This document shows positions 59,115 through 64,000 of a DNA stretch of 64,000 nt, one piece after another (position 1 is the first letter of the stretch; every line of letters starts with the position of its first letter). Under the pieces are notes generated by a model, which was not told the DNA's origin, made no database searches, and saw nothing but the letters and a program-made list of their open reading frames with translations. This stretch comes from Candidatus Cloacimonadales bacterium (GTDB lineage Bacteria; Cloacimonadota; Cloacimonadia; Cloacimonadales; JAIOQZ01). The stretch covers positions 3,072,001 to 3,136,000 of the forward strand of contig OY762463.1 of the NCBI GenBank assembly GCA_963665815.1, given 5' to 3'. The translations under genes and the position numbers were made by a program.

Positions 59115-61463
59115 ATGAAAAAAAGAGCAGTCTTACTTGTTCTAATTATGTTTTTTTCAATATATGTCTATGCAGCGTCAGTTAGTGGATATGTTGTTGA
59201 AAAAGAAACCGGTGAGCCAGTTATCGGTGCTGCGGTATTTGTTATGGGAACAAATCTTGGACAGTTTACAAACAAAAAAGGTTATTTTGTCCTTAATAAT
59301 GTACCGGAAGGTGATGTAAAAATAGTAATCCAGAAATACGGTTTCAAGCCCAAAACTTTCCCTTATACAATGAATGAAGATTCTGAGGAATTTTTATCTG
59401 CTGAAATCGAAAAAGCTGTTATAAAAGGGCAGGAAATAAAAGTAGTTGATAAAGCAGTTAAAAGAAAGATTAACTCCAGAATCGTAAAAGTAGGAACAGT
59501 TACCCAAGATACTGAAATGCTGAAAGAAGTTGTGGGAGTAGCTGAAGCAGATGTATTCAGATCTCTACAGTCATTACCTGGTGTAACCCCTGTATCGGAT
59601 TTTTCAAGTGGATTATATGTTCGTGGCGGAAGCCCGGATCAGAATCTTATTCTTCTGGACAATATTGATGTATACAACCCTTCCCACTTTGGTGGTCTAT
59701 TCAGTACTTTCAATACAGATGCTGTTAAGAATGTCGAGCTTATGAAAGGTGGATTCCCGGCAAAATATGGTGGAAGACTTTCTTCTGTTCTTGATATTAC
59801 GAATAGAGAAGGCAACAGAAAGAAAATGAAAACTATAGCGAGAGTAAGTATTCTCAGTGCAAGTGCTACAATTGAAAGTCCATGGAAGATTAATAATGAA
59901 AAAGGTTCAGTCATGGGATCTTTCAGAAGGACATATCTTGATCTTGCTGATAAAATGCTGGATCTGGGTTTACCGGATTTCTATTTTTATGATGGTCATT
60001 TCAAGGTAAACTATGATGTTTCACAAAAGGACAGACTCAGTACAAGTGCTTATTTTGGTAAAGATGTTCTTGAAATGGATACAGGAAGTAATCTGGATAT
60101 AAGCTGGGGAAACGAAACAGGAACAATGCAGTGGACACATATATTCGGTTCACGTCTTTTTTCTCAGTTCATTCTGGCAGGATCTCACTTCAAGTCTTCT
60201 CTGAAATATTACAATGAAGAATCCAGCTTTGACAGAATAAATGACATAAAAGATTTTACAACAAAAGCAATCTTTACCTGGACTCCTGTTGCTGAGCATG
60301 TAATAGATTTTGGTGCGGAGACAAAGTATAACAAGATTATATTTAAAACAGAATCAAATGCACAACTTGACTCCCTGACTTTCCCAAAAATTGATATTAA
60401 TTCAATTACAAGTGCAGCCTACATTCAAGATAGTTGGGATTTCACTCCCCTCTGGACATTCCAGCCGGGAATTAGATTTACATATATTACAGGTAAAACA
60501 AATTATAAAAAAGACGATACTGAAACAAGCTACTTCAAGGTATCCCCAAGAGCAGCTTTGCGATACAAGTTAACCGAAAACAGTAATGTGTTTGCCTCTT
60601 ATGGTAAATATTATCAGTATCTCAGTCTTATAAGTGGTGATGAAGCCAGTCCTCTGGATTTATGGTTTCCTATAGATAACACTGTTCCACCGGGAGAATC
60701 AGACCATTATATTGCAGGTTATAAAGCTGAATTCTGGGAAAAACTTGGATTCGACTTTGAAGTATTCTACAAGACTTACGATAATCTGGTTGAATTCAGA
60801 CCTGAAGTAGACTTCGAATGGAATAACGATACCGGTACACTTTCAGACGCACTGAATCTTGGTAAAGGATATTCATGGGGTGCTGATGTACTTTTGAGAA
60901 CAGACTATAATTCACTCAAAGGGTTTATTGGATACACATTCAGTAAAACCAAAAGAAAAATAAATTATACTAACATTGATCCTGAAACCAGTGAAGAAAA
61001 GTATTACTATCCTAAGTATGACAGAACAAATCAGATTAATGTTGTTCAGAATCTTAACGTAAGTGAATTACGCGGAAGATATTACCTGGGAGCTGAATTT
61101 ATTGCCGGTGTAAGCTACTCTTACATGACTGGTCAACCAACACAGAAGCCGGAGCATATTATTCTCAGTGATGAATATCCTGCAAACCCTAAATTCCTTT
61201 ACAGTTACAAGGATGCAGAAAGACTTCCTGCTTATTCAAGATTTGATTTCAGCCTGAAATTTAAGTGGAAGAAATCATGGGGAAACATAGAACCTTACTT
61301 TGAAGTTGTTAATATGTTCAACCATCATAATGTATGGTTCAGAAGATATCTCCCGGATGCAAAACTCGGAGAAAATGAAGGAGAAGTAACCTTCTCAGTA
61401 AAAGAAGAAGATGCAATGATGTTTCCGAGAATCCCGTTTATTGGCGTAAACATTGAGTGGTAA
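59115..61463 (+). CDS. TonB-dependent receptor with N-terminal carboxypeptidase-regulatory-like domain
   Basis: Plug motifs LPGV...VRGGSPDQN, KGGFPAKYGGRLSSVLDI; C-terminal GVNIEW. Confidence 0.92.
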   Translation: MKKRAVLLVLIMFFSIYVYAASVSGYVVEKETGEPVIGAAVFVMGTNLGQFTNKKGYFVLNNVPEGDVKIVIQKYGFKPKTFPYTMNEDSEEFLSAEIEKAVIKGQEIKVVDKAVKRKINSRIVKVGTVTQDTEMLKEVVGVAEADVFRSLQSLPGVTPVSDFSSGLYVRGGSPDQNLILLDNIDVYNPSHFGGLFSTFNTDAVKNVELMKGGFPAKYGGRLSSVLDITNREGNRKKMKTIARVSILSASATIESPWKINNEKGSVMGSFRRTYLDLADKMLDLGLPDFYFYDGHFKVNYDVSQKDRLSTSAYFGKDVLEMDTGSNLDISWGNETGTMQWTHIFGSRLFSQFILAGSHFKSSLKYYNEESSFDRINDIKDFTTKAIFTWTPVAEHVIDFGAETKYNKIIFKTESNAQLDSLTFPKIDINSITSAAYIQDSWDFTPLWTFQPGIRFTYITGKTNYKKDDTETSYFKVSPRAALRYKLTENSNVFASYGKYYQYLSLISGDEASPLDLWFPIDNTVPPGESDHYIAGYKAEFWEKLGFDFEVFYKTYDNLVEFRPEVDFEWNNDTGTLSDALNLGKGYSWGADVLLRTDYNSLKGFIGYTFSKTKRKINYTNIDPETSEEKYYYPKYDRTNQINVVQNLNVSELRGRYYLGAEFIAGVSYSYMTGQPTQKPEHIILSDEYPANPKFLYSYKDAERLPAYSRFDFSLKFKWKKSWGNIEPYFEVVNMFNHHNVWFRRYLPDAKLGENEGEVTFSVKEEDAMMFPRIPFIGVNIEW

Positions 61464-61472
61464 GGAGTTAAA

Positions 61473-62390
61473 ATGAGAAATTCAATATTAATAATTATAC
61501 TAGTCACTATGCTCTGTCTCACACTCATGGGCTGTGAAGATTACACAAGTGGATCAAGACATAAAAAAGATACATATAAGTTCATTTATGGAAAATTAAT
61601 TCATGGAGAACCAATTAACGGAATGAATAATATTAAAGTTTCAAATTCAATCAAACTTCCAAGTACAATTCATATTTTTGATTTGTTTGACTCACTTGCA
61701 ACAGTTCAAGTTAAAGAAATTGAAACCGGAAATGCTGTCGACTTGATGTTTGCCATTGAGTATGGTGGATACATTGATCCAACCGAATCATTAATTCCGC
61801 AAGCCGGTAATACCTATGAGTTATCAGTAGTTACCGGAACAGATTCACTCTGGGCTGTTACGACAGTACCTGACTCAATCTTTCTGGAACTTGATACATC
61901 TGTATATAAAGATTCTCAGGATGAACTGGATGGTGTTGAAATGGAATTCAGTAAGATTGCAACAGATTATCCATTTAATATAATTACTCAGAATAATGAA
62001 AGCATAGAACTGCATTCATATTTCTATTGTCTTGATGAATGGGATGAAGTAATGTATATAGAGAATGACTTTGTTGATTCTGATTCACTGGAAAGCGAAG
62101 AAGACTTTGAAGACGAGTTAACCGGATATCCTCGAAAAACTCAAAACCTGTATACAATGAAACCGGAGTTACTTGATGATAACTATTACAATATCAAGTT
62201 TGATTTCTTTAAAGATAGTTTCGTCTTCACTGGAAGATATTATATTCGTGTTCACAGTATTGATGAAAACTACTACAAATATCTTTATAAGCCTGATGGT
62301 TATAAATTCGGTGGAATTAACGGTGGGGCATACGGATATTTTGGTTCAGCAACAGGTAAAGAATTCTACACTAAAGTCGTGGACAAATAA
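61473..62390 (+). CDS. DUF4249-like lipoprotein partner of the TonB receptor
   Basis: Lipobox LMGC; GNTYEL, IDENYYKY, INGGAYGYFGS. Confidence 0.72.
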   Translation: MRNSILIIILVTMLCLTLMGCEDYTSGSRHKKDTYKFIYGKLIHGEPINGMNNIKVSNSIKLPSTIHIFDLFDSLATVQVKEIETGNAVDLMFAIEYGGYIDPTESLIPQAGNTYELSVVTGTDSLWAVTTVPDSIFLELDTSVYKDSQDELDGVEMEFSKIATDYPFNIITQNNESIELHSYFYCLDEWDEVMYIENDFVDSDSLESEEDFEDELTGYPRKTQNLYTMKPELLDDNYYNIKFDFFKDSFVFTGRYYIRVHSIDENYYKYLYKPDGYKFGGINGGAYGYFGSATGKEFYTKVVDK

Positions 62391-62420
62391 CAAAACTCAA
62401 TTGATTAATTGAAATATACA

Positions 62421-62460
62421 GCCTCGGAGAAATCCGGGGCTTTTTTCTTTGGACAGTCCC
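62421..62460 (+). terminator. Intrinsic terminator / dispersed repeat copy
   Basis: GCCTCGGA-gaaa-TCCGGGGC-TTTTTTCTTTGGACAGTCCC. Confidence 0.78.
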
Positions 62461-62743
62461 TATGTATAAGCTATTTGTAGTGCATTGACTGTGTTATAAA
62501 TGCGAAGAATAAGATCACAAGAAAACTGTAGGTTGTAACACAATTTGCACTTCTCTATTTGTATTCTTTCAGAAACATCTATGGGGTTTTAACTATTCCA
62601 AATGTGTTCCACTTGAGTCAACCGTCCGGTTGTCTCAATAAATGTGTGAACCGTGATTTGCAGGATTTAAGGATTACATGATTCTGAACGATGCCAGGTT
62701 ACGTTTCTACGGTTTCTCAAAATAACTCAATTCCCCAAAAAAT

Positions 62744-62774
62744 AAAAAAACAGCCTCCCGAATGAGAGGCTGTT
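62744..62774 (-). terminator. Terminator of last gene
   Basis: AACAGCCTC/GAGGCTGTT stem followed by a T run on the minus strand. Confidence 0.75.
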
Positions 62775-62846
62775 ATAGAAGTTTAATTTACACATCATTC
62801 CAAAGGTTCTGAGACCATTTGGAAGGTGTATAAAATCAGCTAATAC

Positions 62847-63998
62847 TTATTTAAGCATCAGCATTTTCTTAGTTTGTGATACTTCAGAGGTTTGCAGTCT
62901 GTAGAAGTATACTCCACTTGATACTGAGTTTCCTCTGTCATCTTTACCATTCCAGGTAACCTTGTGGTTATCTGCTTCCATTTCTTCACTTACAAGCGTT
63001 CTTACTTTCTGTCCGTTGATATTGTAGATAGCAAGTTCTACGTTTCCGGCTTTCTTAAGTGAGAATTCAATGTGTGTAGTAGGATTGAATGGGTTAGGAT
63101 AGTTACCTTTGAGTTCTGTTACAAGATTTACATCATCAGGATCATTTGCAACTTCTTCAAATGTGAAATCGTAATCTGGAGCTGCTGCTGTACCTGTTTC
63201 GTAAATGGCAGTTACTCTAGCTGTAAGTTGTTCACCTATTGCGAAGCCATTAACAGTGAAGAATGTATCTGATGTTGTTTGATTGATAATATCAATTTCA
63301 ACTCTGAAGTACATGAATTGACGTTCGTCTTCTTCATTCTCAGCTTCTCTTTCAACGTATGAAACGCCTTCTGCGAGTGCTGATTCTCCATCTGTTCTTG
63401 TTCCGTACAATCTGTCTCCATGCTGCCATACAAGGATACGATCATTGTTAAGCCATTGAATGTTTGTAGGAGCAATAAGGATTTCATCAAGAGTAACATC
63501 AACAGGAGTATTGTCACCATTTACAATAACAATATTCTGTTGTTCGTGAATGTTACAGTCCGGAAGTGAAGCTGTAAGATTGTATGTTCCCGGAAGGACT
63601 TCGTTGAGAAGAACAACACCGGTATCATCTGATGTTTCAGTATATGTGTTTGTTCCATCAGTAAGTTCAACAACTGCACCGGTTGGTGAATTAAGATTTG
63701 TTGTGATGTTAACAGTAAAGTGACCGTATTCGATAAGAATAATATCAAGATCAACTGTTGCATCCGCAGCTATAACTACGTTAGATTCAGTTTGATCAAT
63801 ATATCCGTCTTTAGTTGCATTAACAGTATATGTTCCCGGAGTAACCTGTACAAATGTGTAGTTACCCTGAGCATCTGTTGTTGTTGTAATAGCAAGTTGT
63901 TCGATTTCAACAAGAGCTCCTGCAACTTCAACATTAGCATGATCGTATACGGTACCCATAAGGATTGCTCCCTGGGTCATAGTGAAGTCAACGTTTGT
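62847..63998 (-). CDS. C-terminal part of a secreted protein with carboxypeptidase-regulatory-like repeats and FlgD-Ig/T9SS-A-like domain (5' end outside window)
   Basis: Frame open to window edge; TTTDAQGNY, PGTY; NYPNPFNPTT...SSGVYFYRL...KKMLMLK. Confidence 0.85.
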   Translation of the reverse strand, partial: TNVDFTMTQGAILMGTVYDHANVEVAGALVEIEQLAITTTTDAQGNYTFVQVTPGTYTVNATKDGYIDQTESNVVIAADATVDLDIILIEYGHFTVNITTNLNSPTGAVVELTDGTNTYTETSDDTGVVLLNEVLPGTYNLTASLPDCNIHEQQNIVIVNGDNTPVDVTLDEILIAPTNIQWLNNDRILVWQHGDRLYGTRTDGESALAEGVSYVEREAENEEDERQFMYFRVEIDIINQTTSDTFFTVNGFAIGEQLTARVTAIYETGTAAAPDYDFTFEEVANDPDDVNLVTELKGNYPNPFNPTTHIEFSLKKAGNVELAIYNINGQKVRTLVSEEMEADNHKVTWNGKDDRGNSVSSGVYFYRLQTSEVSQTKKMLMLK

Positions 63999-64000
63999 GA

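Noticed and set aside
1-64000. CRISPR array, tRNA/rRNA, prophage, integrase, transposase, selenoprotein read-through
   Set aside because: No regularly spaced repeats, RNA gene signatures, such ORFs or TGA-split genes seen by eye; a dedicated scan would be needed to exclude short RNAs

Overview
AT-rich bacterial chromosomal window. Four secreted proteins end in an NYPNPFNP...KK[CM]xLLK-type (FlgD-Ig/T9SS-type-A-like) C-terminal domain, which points to the FCB superphylum, probably Cloacimonadota (inference). Contents in order: 3' end of flhA; hemerythrin; a TetR-led operon (outer-membrane protein, LolCDE/MacB-like ABC, LolA-like protein); DUF47-PiT phosphate uptake; a Cache protein and hybrid kinase; a heterodimeric ABC exporter with a DUF4015 lipoprotein; a 1224-aa (pseudo)kinase-helical-GAF-sigma54 activator divergent from flhF-flhG; a second hybrid kinase; a four-gene sugar cluster; large surface proteins; lipoprotein pair-ruvX-mltG-CDF; satP; a 13-gene Mbx/MBS-type complex; gyaR-btpA; and a sigma54-driven TonB receptor-DUF4249 pair. 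Best leads: (1) the Mbx-like complex appears to lack all three MBS sulfane-reductase cysteines, the NiFe ligands and the complex I quinone Tyr, and carries a fused NADPH-flavin module, a fused double antiporter and an inserted DUF302 gene; (2) the pseudokinase-sigma54 activator, with candidate UAS boxes and a -24/-12 element before flhF in a split flhA//flhF operon; (3) two unannotated dispersed repeat families and a 48-aa small gene. No rRNA, tRNA, CRISPR array or transposase was seen. All calls come from motif reading; no searches were run.
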